From NCBI GenBank assembly GCA_000004695.1, contig CM000151.3, positions 5,728,001 through 5,792,000 of the forward strand: 64,000 nt of DNA. Reading direction: 5' to 3'. This document shows, in pieces, positions 36,774 through 51,840 of this stretch (position 1 is the stretch's first letter; each line of letters begins with the position of its first letter). The notes beneath the pieces were generated by a model. That model was not told where the DNA came from. It made no database searches and saw nothing but the letters and a program-made list of their open reading frames with translations. Made by a program: the position numbers and the translations under genes. This DNA is from Dictyostelium discoideum (Eukaryota).

Positions 36774-38657
36774 TTTTTAAATTATATATATGTTTATATT
36801 TTTTTTTTTTTTTTTAAAAAAATTTTCTTTGGTTGTTTTTTTTTTTTTTTTTTTACAATATTATTATTATAATTGTGATTTTATATATTCGTAATGTTAT
36901 AAATAAATAAATGAATAATTAATTTTTTATGTGTATTTAAAAACTTTAAAAAATTAAATTATTGCTTTTTTTTTTTTTTTTGTTGAATTCTATTTTAATT
37001 TATATAAAAAAAATATATTAAAGTGAAATAAATAAATAAAAAAAATAAAAATAAATAAAATTAGTATTTAAGTTATATTTGCATTATTCTAAAAATAAAT
37101 TTTTTTTTTTATTTTATTTTATTTTATTTTATTTTTTTTTATTTTTTTTTTTTTTTTTTTAATGAAACTGCTAAAATGACGAATTATAATTATTTTATGA
37201 TGAAAGTGTTGTGGTGGGACGTTGATTCTATCATATTATTGTTTAACAAGATTAAAAAGGAAGGTTTTTTTATTTTACAATAAAAAAAAATTTAAGTGGG
37301 AGTGGGTGAGTGGGAAAAAAAAAAAATAAAAATGATAATAATAAATTAAAAAATATGAATAATTTAATATCGTATGAATGGCATCAAATGTTTTTTAATT
37401 ACAATTTTTTGGGTTAGTGTGAATAAAAATAATAAACATGATTCATCACCATTTAAATCTATTTTTTTTTTTTTTTTTTTTTTCTCTCATAGAATTAAAT
37501 AATTGAATATATCGGTGTGTGCGTGTGTGTTTTAAAAAAAGAATGTGTTTGAACAAGTAATTTTTTTTATTTTTATATTAAATTACATTTTTTTTTTTTT
37601 TTTTGTAGTGTGGTCTGAAATTGGGTGATTAAGGTTGAACATAATTGTTTTATTATTATTAATCATTAAAAAAAAAAAAAAAGATAACACTAAAACAAAA
37701 AAAGAAAAAAAAAAAAAAAAAAATATTTTGGAATATTGGGTTTTTTTTTTTTTTGGTAAAATTACTGGGAAACAAACCTTTTAAGATATTTTTTTTTTTT
37801 TTTTTTTTAAAATTATTAAAATAAAATAATTATAAAAAATTTTAAATAAATATAATAATAAATAAATAAATATTATTATTAATATTAATGTTAAATGTTA
37901 CAATGATTATTTGTTTTTTGTTTAAAGAACAAATTTTGAAATGATTAGAAAAAAAAAAAAAAATTGTCTTTATAAATTTTTCACTTGGGTCGTCAAAAAA
38001 AAAAAAATAAAAAAAAATAAAAATAAAAAAAAAAAACTTTTATTCAATTATAATTATAAATAAATAATAATAATCAATTATTTTTGGAATTCGCAATAAT
38101 TTACTTTTTAATGTTGTCATTTTCACAAACAACATAAACTGAATTGTTGTCGTTTTCATATCGTTATTGGTCTTAAAATAAATTATTTTTTTTTAAATTT
38201 TTTTTTTTAAAAATTTTTGCGCGACCTTTTTCCAAAAAAAAAAAATTTGGTTGATAAGTTTTTTTTTTTTTTTCAATTTTGGGAAATCTACTGTTTTCAA
38301 CCCTTTATAACGATATTTATTTTATTTTAGTACACACCCTTTTATTCCTTTTTTTTTTTATTTTTTTTTTTTTTTTATTTTTGTTTTAAAATTATTTTTA
38401 AACCAAACGCTACGGTGGTGAAAAATCATCATAAAAAAGCTCAATGAGAACATATAGATTTTTAAAAATAGATTAAGATAGTGTGTAAAAACCAACTTAT
38501 GATGATTTTTTTTGTTGTTCAAAATCTGTAACTTTTACACATAATATTACATTATATTTTTTTTTTTTTTTTATTTTTTTTTTTAAACACCATAAAATAA
38601 TTCATTTTAAATCATATACTTCTCCATATGGAAACCAATTTTTTTTGGTTTTAATTT

Positions 38658-38694
<37 letters not shown>

Positions 38695-38803
38695 ACCAAA
38701 ACATGATCAAACTTTTTAACAACAAATTATTCGTTTTTTTTTTTTTTTTTTTTTTTTTGAGAGAAATCAAAACATTATCAAATTTTTTAACAACAAATTA
38801 TTT

Positions 38804-38830
<27 letters not shown>
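38695..38830. repeat. Tandem duplication of a unit of about 60 bp (aaaacat[g/t]atcaaa[c/t]tttttaacaacaaattatt[c/t]g + oligo-T).
   Basis: Read directly. Two copies are separated by an oligo-T run. Confidence 0.6.
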
Positions 38831-38873
<43 letters not shown>

Positions 38874-39230
38874 CTTTTTTTCAAAAAAAAAAAAAAAATT
38901 ATCGGACCTTCTTTTTTTTTTTTATTTTAAAACATTATTATTTTAAATTTATAAGGTGGCATAAAACCTTTTCAGAAAATATGGAACTATGTAAAATGGC
39001 AATCTATAAGGCGATATTATACCTTTTTAGAAAAAAAAAAAATTTAAAAAAAAAAAAAATAAAAATAAAAAATAAGAAAATAATTTATTAATAAAAAAAA
39101 AAATAAGAAAAACAAATTAATTAAGGGTATTTCAGTTTTATTTTTGGTTTAAAAAAATTTTTATTTTTGTTTTTAATTAAATATTGTGTATAAAAATTAA
39201 AAAAATAAAAGAAAATGAATTTTTTTTTTT

Positions 39231-39350
39231 TTTTTGGGAACAATTGGCACTTTTTATTATAATTTTTTTTTTTTTTTTTTTTTTTTTTTGAGAACAATCA
39301 ACACTTTTTGTTATAATTTTTTTTTTTTTTTTTTTTTTTTAGTTAATTGT
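39231..39350. repeat. Tandem duplication of a unit of about 55 bp (g[g/a]gaacaat[tgg/caa]cactttttgttataa + oligo-T), immediately 3' of the riboflavin kinase stop.
   Basis: Read directly. Confidence 0.6.
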
Positions 39351-40015
39351 TTATTGTTTAAAGTAAATATTATTTAAAAAAGCTTTATTTTCTTCTTTTT
39401 CTAAAGAAGATTTTGCGTAATCTATATCATCATTAATTGCTTTAACCAATTCTTCTAAAGATTTAAAATCGCACATTGGTCTAATGAAACCTAAACCAAT
39501 TGCACGTAATTCAGCACCATAAAAATCACGTTCAAATTTATTTATTAAATGAATTTCTATTGTCTTCTTTGTATTTTTATAAAATGGGTTCCAACCAATG
39601 CTCATTGCCATTGGAAAAACTTTATTTCCTTCTAATCCTATAACATTAGCCCATCCATAATAAACACCAATCGGTATATCTTTTAATTCTTCTTCTAATT
39701 CTTCAACTGGTAAATTTGCTATTATAATTATAATTATAATTATAATTATAATTATAATTATTATTATTTTTTATTTTTTTTTAATATTAAATATAAAATT
39801 AATTTTATTTTAGTTAATAATTATAATTATAATTATTTTTATTTTTATTATTATAAATATTATTTTTTATTTTTATTTTTTAAAGTACACATACCAGTCG
39901 GTATACCAAGTTGTTTACTTCCTCTCCCAAACCCTGTAATGACAGAACCTTTAAAAAATAATGGTAATTTATCTAAAACTTGACCAGAGTTTCCTCTTTC
40001 TATTTCTGCTGTCAT
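39351..40015 (-). CDS. rfk: Riboflavin kinase (flavokinase) of about 163 aa. Exons are 39895..40015 and 39351..39718.
   Basis: Exon 1 is MTAEIERGNSGQVLDKLPLFFKGSVITGFGRGSKQLGIPT+G, with a GTATGT donor (39894). The intron of about 176 nt is full of (ATTATA)n and ends ...TATAATAG. Exon 2 is (A)NLPVEELEEELKDIPIGVYYGWANVIGLEGNKVFPMAMSIGWNPFYKNTKKTIEIHLINKFERDFYGAELRAIGLGFIRPM.... The canonical RFK motifs GRGSKxLGxPTAN and MSIGWNPFY are present. Confidence 0.85.
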
Positions 40016-40032
40016 TTTTATTATTTGCTTTT

Positions 40033-40064
<32 letters not shown>

Positions 40065-40394
40065 TTTTGCTATATTATTATTGTTATTATTATTATTACT
40101 ATTATTATTATTATTATACTATACAACACTGAACGAGAATAATTAATTATTCAAGAATAAATATTCACGAAAATGAAAAAAATAAAATAAAAAAAATTAA
40201 AAAAAATAAAATTAAAAAAAATAAAATAAAAAAAATTAAAAAAAATAAAATAAAAAAGAAAAAAGATTAATAGGTCGATTTTTATTATTTGTAATAAATT
40301 TCTTTTTTTTTTTTTTTTTTTTTTTAAAAAAAATAAAAAAAAATACAAAAAACGGAATGGTCAGTTTTAATTATTAAAATAATTAATGGGGTTG

Positions 40395-40429
<35 letters not shown>

Positions 40430-40613
40430 TAGATCTTTTAGTGTGCAACCTTTTAGTTTGGTAATTTTAAAAAAACCAAAATAATCTTTAATTTTTTTTT
40501 TTTTTTTTCAAATTTTTTTTTTTTTTTTTTTTTTCATTTTTTTTATTTTTATTATTTTTTTATTTTTTTATTTAATAATTTGTAGTAGTAATAATAATAA
40601 TAATAATAGAAAA
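40016..40613. promoter_or_regulatory. Shared divergent promoter of about 600 bp for rfk (minus) and nmt (plus). It contains periodic A-tract repeats (aaaaaaaataaaat[t/a]aaaa, about 40180-40270) and a (TTA/ATT) block.
   Basis: Two ATGs lie head-to-head. The tandem A-tract periodicity was read directly. Confidence 0.35.
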
Positions 40614-40916
40614 ATGGCTGATGATAAAAAGAAACAATTAGAAGAATCAAAAAGATTAGTAGAATTATTTAAAGCAAGTTCATTAGCATCAAAAAAACCA
40701 AAGGGACATGAATTTTGGGATACTCAACCAGTTCCAAAGATTGACGATAAAATTATTGAATCTGGTCCAATTGAAAATAAAACTTTAGATGATGTTAGAA
40801 AAGATCCATTAACTTTACCACCAGCTTTTGAATGGATTGAATTAGATTGTAATAAACCAGAAGAAGTAAGTTTTTTTTTAATTTTAATTTTATTTTTTAT
40901 ATAAACATATTTTAAT

Positions 40917-40975
<59 letters not shown>

Positions 40976-41966
40976 GTTAAAAGAAATTTATACATTACTT
41001 TATGAAAATTATGTTGAAGATGATGATAATATGTTTAGATTTGATTATTCACCAGAGTTTTTAAAGTGGGCATTACAACCACCAGGATTTTTAAAGGAAT
41101 GGCATATTGGTGTTAGAGTTGTTGAATCAAAGAAATTGGTAGGATTTATTTCAGGTATTCCAGCAACTATTAGGGTAGAGGGTAAACCAATTACAATGGT
41201 AGAGATCAACTTTTTATGTGTTCACAAAAAGTTAAGAGAGAAACGTTTAGCACCAGTACTTATCAAAGAGGTGACAAGAAGAGTTAATCTTAGAAACATT
41301 TGGCAAGCCGCCTATACAGCTGGTGTAGTGTTACCAAAACCAGTTGCAATTTGTAAATATTGGCATAGATCAATTAAGCAACAGAAACTCGTTGAGGTTG
41401 GGTTCAGTGCGATACCACCAAAGATGACTATGGCATCCATGGTGAAATTGTATCGTATCAATGATGAAATGAAACATCCATTACGTCCATTGACCAAAGA
41501 GGACGTACCATCATTCAAGGTGTTATTGGACGACTACTTGTCGAAATATAAAATCGCACCAGAGTTCACCACTGATGAAGACGTTTGGCATTGGTTTGAG
41601 ACTAGAAAGGACGTTATCACTTGCTATGTAAAGGTTGACGAGTCCACTAAAAAAGTCACTGATGCTTTCTCATTCTACAATTTACCATCAACCATCATTG
41701 GTAATGCAAAACATAATACCCTCAAAGCAGCATTCTCCTTCTATAATGTAGCCACAACTATGTCAATCACTGATTTGGTTGGTGACGCACTTGTCACTGC
41801 AAAGAAAATGGATTATGATGTCTTCAATTGTTTAGATGTTTTCGAAAATTCAACTTTCTTTAAAGATTTGAAATTTGCGGTTGGTGATGGTGATCTTCAA
41901 TATTATTTATACAATTATTCAACTCCAACTAAAAAATCATCTGAAATTGGTTTAGTTTTGTTATAA
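40614..41966 (+). CDS. nmt: Glycylpeptide N-tetradecanoyltransferase (N-myristoyltransferase) of about 414 aa. Exons are 40614..40865 and 40977..41966.
   Basis: Exon 1 is MADDKKKQLEE...GHEFWDTQPVPK...LPPAFEWIELDCNKPEE, with a GTAAGT donor (40866). The intron is a poly-T of about 110 nt ending AAAATAG. Exon 2 is LKEIYTLLYENYVEDDDNMFRFDYSPEFLKWALQPPGF...EINFLCVHKKLREKRLAPVLIKEVTRRVN...LQYYLYNYSTP...GLVLL. This is near-collinear with the metazoan and fungal NMT core. Confidence 0.9.
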
Positions 41967-42032
41967 GAAAAAAAAAAAAAAATAAAAAATAAAAAATAAA
42001 AATAAAAATATAAATAGAAATAAAAAATTAAT

Positions 42033-42074
<42 letters not shown>

Positions 42075-42894
42075 TATCTTTATTTTTTCTTTTGGTTTTG
42101 GTTTAAATTCAAATAATTCATTGACATCTGTTGTTCAAATTATTTTTAATTTCTTTTATTTTTTTATTTTTTTTCATTTTTTTTTTTTTTCATTTTTTTT
42201 TTTTTTTCATTGAAAAAACAAAACACCACCAGATGGCACAAGCCCAATTACATTGAGAAGATTTTTTTTTTTTTAAGAATTTGGATTCTTTTTTTAACTC
42301 CAACAGTTTATTTTTAAATATTTTTTTTTTTAAATATTTTTTTTTTATAATTTTTTTCTTTTTTTTTTTTATTTTTTTTTATATAAATAAATAATTTAAA
42401 ATAATATTCAAGTAGTTATAGTATTTATAATAAACAAAAAGATAATTTAAAAAAAAAAAATAAATAAATAAATTCTGTAAAATTCAAAAAATTCTATTTT
42501 CTCTCACCACACTTTATAACTAACCACATCTTGTATTACTTAGTTAAAAATATATTTTGTAAATAAAAAAAATAAAAAATATAAAAAAAAATAAAAAAAA
42601 AAAAAATAAAAAAAAAAAAAATATAAAAAATAATTTTCCAAATAATCAAATAAAAGTAAGTTAGTTTATTTTTATCTTTATTTTAATATTTCAAATAAAT
42701 TTGTTTATTAATAATTAATTGTTATTATTATTATTATTATTATTTTTTATTTCTTTATTTTTTAATTTTAATTTTAATTTTTTTTTTTTTTTTCATTTTT
42801 AAATTATGTTTGTAAAGTTTAAATATAATAAATAAAGAATTAAAAAAACTATAAAATAAAATAAAATAAAATAAAATAAAATAAAATAAAATAA

Positions 42895-43648
42895 ATGGAT
42901 AGAAATTTTTTAAATGAAAGTAATAATAGTACAAATAATAGAAATAAATATGTAATATATGATGAAGAAGAAAGTAAACCATTATTTTATAATTATGATT
43001 TTAGAAAAAAGAATAAAATGGTGATGTATTTATTTGATTGGATGATGGTTGTTATACTTTTAATAGTTGGCGGTATATTATTTTTAAAAGTTACAGTTAG
43101 AGGTCGTTTATTTACATTGGATGACGAGTCAATATCATATCCAAAATTACCAGAATTAGTGCCAATGCATGTTTTAATACCTGTTATTATAGCATTACCA
43201 CTTGCAATTATAATTGTTGTTAGTTTAATTGTTAAACGTGATTGTCACGATTTCCATCACGCAATTCTTGGTTTAGCACAATCATTAGCATTAACATTAC
43301 TTTTAACTGGTTCTTTCAAATGTTTTATTGGTGGATTACGTCCAAATTTCTTGGAAGTTTGCGACCCAACACCTGCATCAATAGCAGCAGGAAATCCACC
43401 AGTTGGTTTTAGTAAAATTTATTATGACCGTTCAATTTGTTCTGCCGATGATTCAATTGTAAATGATGCATTAAGTGCATATCCATCAGGTCATAGTTCA
43501 ATAACAGCAGCATCATTTGGCTTCTTGGCATTATTTATTCACGCAAAGTTTAAAATATTCGATAATAGAGGTCATATTTTCCTTTATGTCATTGTTAGTG
43601 GTTGTATAATTGGTGCAGGTTTAATTGGTATTAGTAGAGTTGCTGTAG

Positions 43649-43714
<66 letters not shown>

Positions 43715-44029
43715 ACATATTAAATTATTACTAACTAAAATTTTTATTATTAAACCATTATTTTAATATAGGATTATCGTCATACATTTTTAAATGTATT
43801 AGCTGGTTGGTCAATTGGTTTAATTATTGCTTTATCATGTTATCGTTTAAATTATAGTTCATTATTTGGTCGTGATAATCATGTTTCAATTCATTCCCAT
43901 TGGTTAACTTATTGGAATCATCATGATAATTTAAATAATAATAATAATAATATTAAAAATAATTTTGATTTAGAAAAAAATTGTAATCAATCACCAAATA
44001 ATATTGCATTGGATGAATTAAATAAATAA
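42895..44029 (+). CDS. PAP2-family lipid phosphate phosphatase (LPP/PLPP-like) of about 335 aa. Exons are 42895..43644 and 43772..44029.
   Basis: The three PAP2 motifs are KCFIGGLRPNF, PSGHSS and SRVA|DYRHTFLNVLAGW. The third motif is split by an intron with a GTAGGT donor (43645) and ...TTAATATAG acceptor (43771). Several TM helices are present. Confidence 0.8.
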
Positions 44030-44183
44030 ATTTTTAATAATAAAAATAAATAATAAAACATGTAAAATTAGTTATAAAGTAAATTTTTTTTAAAAAAAAA
44101 AAAAAAAAAATAATAATTTCTTTTTTTAATATTTTTATCTTTAAATTTCCCCAAAATATTATTTTTACCTTTTTAAGCCTTTC

Positions 44184-44217
<34 letters not shown>

Positions 44218-44567
44218 CTAATAAATTAATTTTTATTTGGAATAAATAAAACTAAATGTTTAATAATAAGAAATAAAAAACATCTTAAATCTAAAAATAT
44301 AATATTATTTTTATTTTTATTTTTTCAACCCTAATAAATAATATCCAAAACACTGTCTAATTTATTTATGAATTATTTTTTTTGGAATTTTTTTTCAAAT
44401 TATCTCTATTAATAATAATAATAAAAGGAAAATTAAAAATTATTTTGGTTTTATAAAAAAATTGAAATTTCAAATAATATTGTATTAGGTTCAGATTATC
44501 TGTTTGTTTGATTTCAAAAAAAAAAAAAAAAAAAAAAATGAAATTGAAAAAAAAAAAATATCTTTTG

Positions 44568-44599
<32 letters not shown>

Positions 44600-44750
44600 G
44601 GAAAACTCAAAAATTTGAGAAAAAGGTTTGAGAAAGGAATAAATAAAATTTTTTTTATTGTTATGAAAATTTGTAATATTATATTATTATTATTATTATT
44701 TTGAGAAAAATTATTGATCCAAAAAAAAAGGATTGAAAAAATATAATAAT

Positions 44751-46334
<1,584 letters not shown>

Positions 46335-46774
46335 TTTTTTTTCTATTTTTTTGTATTTTTTTTTTCTACTTTTTTCTTTTTTTTTTTTTTTTAAATAAAA
46401 TATTTATATTTTAAAATCAAATTCAAAAAACAAATAATAAAATAAAATAAAATTAAAAAAACAAAAATTTTTTTTTTTGAGAATAAAAATAGGTGGCTGG
46501 ATCTTTTTTTTTTGTGTTTTTTTTTTTTTTATTTTTTTTTATTTTTTTTGAATTTTTAATTTTTTTTTTTTCAAATTTTTTTTTTTTTTTTCAAAAACGA
46601 ATTACTTTGTTTTTTTTTTTTTTTAATACAAATAACAATCCTTTTTATCAATAATTATTATTATTAATCCTTTTTTTTTTTATTAAAAAAAATTTAGTTT
46701 TAATTATTTTTTTAGAAAAAATTTAAATTATTATATATATATTTTTTTATACCAAAATTTAATTTAATATTATT

Positions 46775-46826
<52 letters not shown>

Positions 46827-47594
46827 TTATATTTTATTTTTATAATAATAATTTAATTAATATTTAATTTATTTATTATTATTTTAATTATTATTTATTT
46901 TAATTATTTAATTTTTTAAAATTTATTTATTTATTTTTTTTCAATAATAATTGTTCAATTTAATTTATTTATCTTGAATCAATTATTATTATTATTATTA
47001 TTATTATTTTTTTTTTAATTCATATATTTAAATATTTAATTTTTTCAAAAAAATATTTTGAATTTAAACTTCAAAAATATTAAATAAAAAATATATTTAA
47101 AAATAATTTAAATTATTACATAATAATAATAATATTAATAAATTTACTCAATATAAAATTATACCTTTTTTTTTTTTTTTTTTTTTTTTTTTATTGTGGA
47201 AAAAATAAAATTTTTTTTTTTATTTTTTTTTTTTTTTTTATTTTTATTTTTTTATTTTTTTTTTTTTTTTTGTTTTTGTTTTTGGTTTTATTTTCAGTGT
47301 TGATGACAATAAAGAAAGATTTTGTAATTAATTAAATTAATATTACCTCAATTTTTCTTATTATTGGCTTAAATAATTTTTTTCTAAAGGTATTATATTT
47401 TTTTTTATAATTATAGTCACATAATAATCATAATTCATGAATAAATATAAAAAAAATAAAAAATAAAAAATAAAAATAAAAACAAAAACAAAAATAAAAA
47501 ATAAAAGAAAAAAATATACACAAAAAAAAAAAAAAAAATTATCAATAATAAAAATAACAGAAAATATATTTATACTTCAATAAATAATTTACAC

Positions 47595-47626
<32 letters not shown>

Positions 47627-48447
47627 AAAGAAATATTTTGTATGTTGTTTTTTTAATTTTAATTTTAATAGAATAAAAAAAAAAAAATAATAATAATAAT
47701 TAAAATTATAATTATATTAATTATTTATAATATTATTTAAGTAAATAATTAAAAAATAAAGTTGTTCACAAAGTATATTAAAACTAAATTTATATATAAA
47801 ACATCTTTTTTTTTATTAAATTATTTTTTTTATTTTTTATCGAAATACTTTGAACTTTTTTTTTTTTTTTTTCCTTTTTTTTTTTCTTTTTTCTTTTTTT
47901 TTTTTTTTTTCATATTTTTTAAATATTTTAATATATAACTCATATTGACTATATTTCTTCATTCCTCTTTTACAAATATTTTTAGAAAATAAATAATTAA
48001 ATAATTAAATAATTTTTTTTTTAATAAAATAAATTATATTTATAATAATATAAATATTAAAATAAATAAAAAAAAAAAAAAAAAAAAAAAAAATAGAACA
48101 TAAATAATTTTAAAAAAATAAATAATAATTAAATTTTAAAATTTAAAATATAATAATTAAGTTTAAAAAATAAAATATTTAAAATAATAATAAAAATAAA
48201 AAAATAAATAAATAAATAATAATAAATAATAAATAATAAAATAAATAATAATAAAATAAATAATAATAAAATAATAATAATATCATAAAGTTTTAAAATT
48301 AATAATATTTATTTATATTTTAAAATTTTACAATTTTATTAAAATTGTTCTTAAATTTTATTTAGACAAAAAATAAAAAAAAAAAAAAAAAAAAATAAAA
48401 TAATAAAATAAAATAATAAAAAAAATAATAAAAAAAATAAAAATACA
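46335..48447. promoter_or_regulatory. Divergent intergenic/promoter region of about 2.1 kb between the PTEN-like gene (minus) and the AT-hook gene (plus). It is almost pure A/T.
   Basis: The geometry is head-to-head. No ORF or coding periodicity was found. Confidence 0.3.
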
Positions 48448-49618
48448 ATGAAAATTAAATTCCATTCATATAAAACTAGTTTAAGTTTTTCAGAATATAA
48501 GGATGAATTTGAAAAACAAAGATTAACAATTGAACCATATAGATGTGTTCAAAATTGTGGTATTACACAAAATGGACAAGATAAATTAGTTTATCCAAAC
48601 CCTAAAGAAACCTCAAGATATGGCGATGCAAATCATTTCTTTAATCCAAACAATGGAGAGAATGAAAATTATTATGAAAATGTAAATTATGATAGAATAT
48701 TTCAAAGTGATGATACTCCATCTATTAACACAAATACTCAATCAAATAATAATAGTAATAATAATAGTAATAATAATAATATTAATAATAATAATATTAA
48801 TAATAATAATAATAATAATACAACAATAACTAGACAACCAAATTATGTAAGTAGTAGTGGTAGACAAGTATTTCAGCAATATAATGGTGTATTAAATAAT
48901 ACAAAAGAACCTTATCAAAAATCAGATAAATCTTTAGAAAAAGAAAGATCATTAGAAAAGGAAAAATCTGAAAAATCATTAGATAAGTTTTTTGAAAAAG
49001 AAAAGGAAAAAGAAAAGGAAAAAGATAAAGATATTGGTTCAAATACTCCAAATATTAATTCAACAACAAATGGTGTTGTTTGTTCACCACCCGCTTTGAA
49101 TTTAGGTGATTCAGTTGGTGTGGGTGGTAAAAAGAGAAAGAAGGATGTGGGCATTGATGGAAAAAGAAAACCTGGTAGACCAAAGAAATATAGACCAGAG
49201 GAAAATATTACAGGTGGTGGTGGTGGTGCTTCAACTGGTGGTGGTGTTGGTGGTAAAGGTGTAAAAGGTAATCCTAAATTCATTAAAAATCAATCTTCCT
49301 CTTCTTCAACTCCAAATACACCAGTGTCCTCAAATACTTCATTAGTGGATGCTAATGCTAATAATAGTTTATCAAATACACCACAACAAAATCCATCATC
49401 ACTCTATTCAACTCTTGATGAGTCTGAGCATTCATATGATGATAGTGATAGTGAATTAATGTCAGAATCTGAAGAGAGTGAAGAGGTTGAATCTGATATT
49501 GAATTGGTCGTAAAAAGAGGTCCTGGTAGACCACCAAAATATTCAAAATCTACAACTCCTCTATCTCAATCTACAAATTCTACACCAGTTGTAAGTGGTA
49601 AAAAACCACAACCACCTC

Positions 49619-49679
<61 letters not shown>

Positions 49680-50322
49680 CCAACAACAACAACAACAACA
49701 CCAACAACAACAACAACAACAACAACAACAGCAGCAACAATCACAACTTCAACAACAACAACAACTACAACAAATACCAAACTCAAATTCACCATTATTT
49801 TCATTATTAACTCCAAATTCAACACCAATTCAACCATCAAAGAAACAATCACCATCACAAAACTCTCAACAATCACCAACATCACTACATCATAGTCAAT
49901 CACAAGAACAAGAAGCAGAACAAGAAGCAGACCAAGAATCAAAAGAAGAAGCTCAAGGTAGAAGAAGAACAGTAATTCCTAATCAACAACTGTTAGCCAC
50001 ACTCTTACCAAAAAGAAAATATACAAAGAGAAGTTCATTAAATGCTTCAGGAAATGATATTCAAACCAATACAAATGGTACTACTAACTCCTCAAATAAT
50101 AATAATAATAATATTAATAACACAAATTCAACTCAAATAAATACAAAAGAAACTGACAGTGAGGATGAATATCATAAATCTGGTTCTGATAATTCAGAAT
50201 ATGAGTCAAACTTTAATTCAAACAATAATGAAAATAATAGCATTAATAACTCTAATGAGCCAACTGATAATACTATTGGAAATGTTAATAATAGTATTGA
50301 AAACACGAATAATAATAATATA

Positions 50323-50356
<34 letters not shown>

Positions 50357-50556
50357 GTAACAATATTAATAACAACAATAATAGTAATAACAATATAAAT
50401 AATAATATAAATAACAACCAAGTCAAACAAGATGATAGTGTTTTGGGACATTTAAATCGTCATATACAGTCCATTCAAATTAATAGACCCAAAGAAAAAA
50501 ATGAAGGCAATAGACCTAAACTTACACCTTTCAACCTTTTTAAATCTTTACCCGAA

Positions 50557-50625
<69 letters not shown>

Positions 50626-51105
50626 CAAAATAATAATCAAAATAATAGTAATAATAACAATAATAATAACAATCATAATAATAGTAATAATAATAATAAT
50701 AATAACAATCATAATAATAGTAATAATAATAATAATAATAATCAAAATAATAATCAAAATAATAATCAAAATATTAATAATCAAAATAATAATCAAAATA
50801 ATAATCAAAATAATCAAAACAATAATAATAATATTGAAAAAGAGATGGAAATTGAAAATTCACAACCTGTACAATCTCAAATTACAATCTCCAAAAATAT
50901 AAACGAGGAAGCCCCTTTAAAAAGAGGTCCTGGTAGACCAAGAAAATCAAAGTTATCATCTGCATTGGTTGAAAAAACAGCCAATATAAACTCAAATAAC
51001 ATCGTCACAAACGATAACGAATTGAACAATGTCGATAAAAATTCATCAACGAATCCAGTTGAAGATGGCCCAAAGGAAAAACCAGTCGAGCAAATAACAA
51101 CTTAA
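48448..51105 (+). CDS. AT-hook DNA-binding protein (885 aa) with three GRP-core AT-hooks, a poly-Gln block, acidic Ser/Glu stretches and long Asn-rich tracts.
   Basis: The AT-hooks are KRKPGRPKKYRPE, KRGPGRPPKYSKS and KRGPGRPRKSKLS. Other features are (Q)~48, SDSELMSESEESEEVESD and (KEKE)n. Confidence 0.65.
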
Positions 51106-51840
51106 AATAAATTGGCCTCTCAAAAAATACAACAAACTTCTTTTTTATTTTTTTTTTTTTATTTTTTTTTTATTAACCCAAAATAAACATTCCTTTACCA
51201 AGTTTTTTTTCAATTTCTCTAGTTTTTTTTTTTCTTTTTCAATTTTTTTTAAAATTTTTTTTTTTATTTCAACAAAAATGGAAACCTATCAAAGTATACC
51301 CTTGGTATGTCGTCAACTTAAATTCTTTATCTTTAAAAATTGTTTTTTTTTTTTTTTTTTTTTTTTTTTGTTTTTTAAAAAAATAAAAATAGAAGATGTT
51401 CAATAATTTTTAAAAATAAAAGTTTAAACACAATAAAATTCATTTAAAAATAAAAAAAGAAATAAAAATAAAAAAATAAAAAAAAAATAAAAAAAAACAA
51501 TAATAAAAAAAAAAAATATATTTGTATTAAAAAAAAAAAAAAAAAAAAAAGATTATTCATATATTTAAAATACTTTAATTAATGTTTTAATATATTAAAA
51601 AAAAAGGGAAAAGAACTTAATGCATGAATAAAATTTTTTTTTTTTCTAAACACTTTTTTTTTTTAATTTTATTTTCTTTTTATATTTTATATTTATTTTT
51701 TACTTTAATTTTATTATTAATATTTTAATTATTTTTTTAAAAAATTAATTATAAATTAATTTAGTTTCAAAATATTCAATTTATACCTATTATTTATTTT
51801 TAATAGTTATATTGGATTATTAATATTAATATTATTTTTA

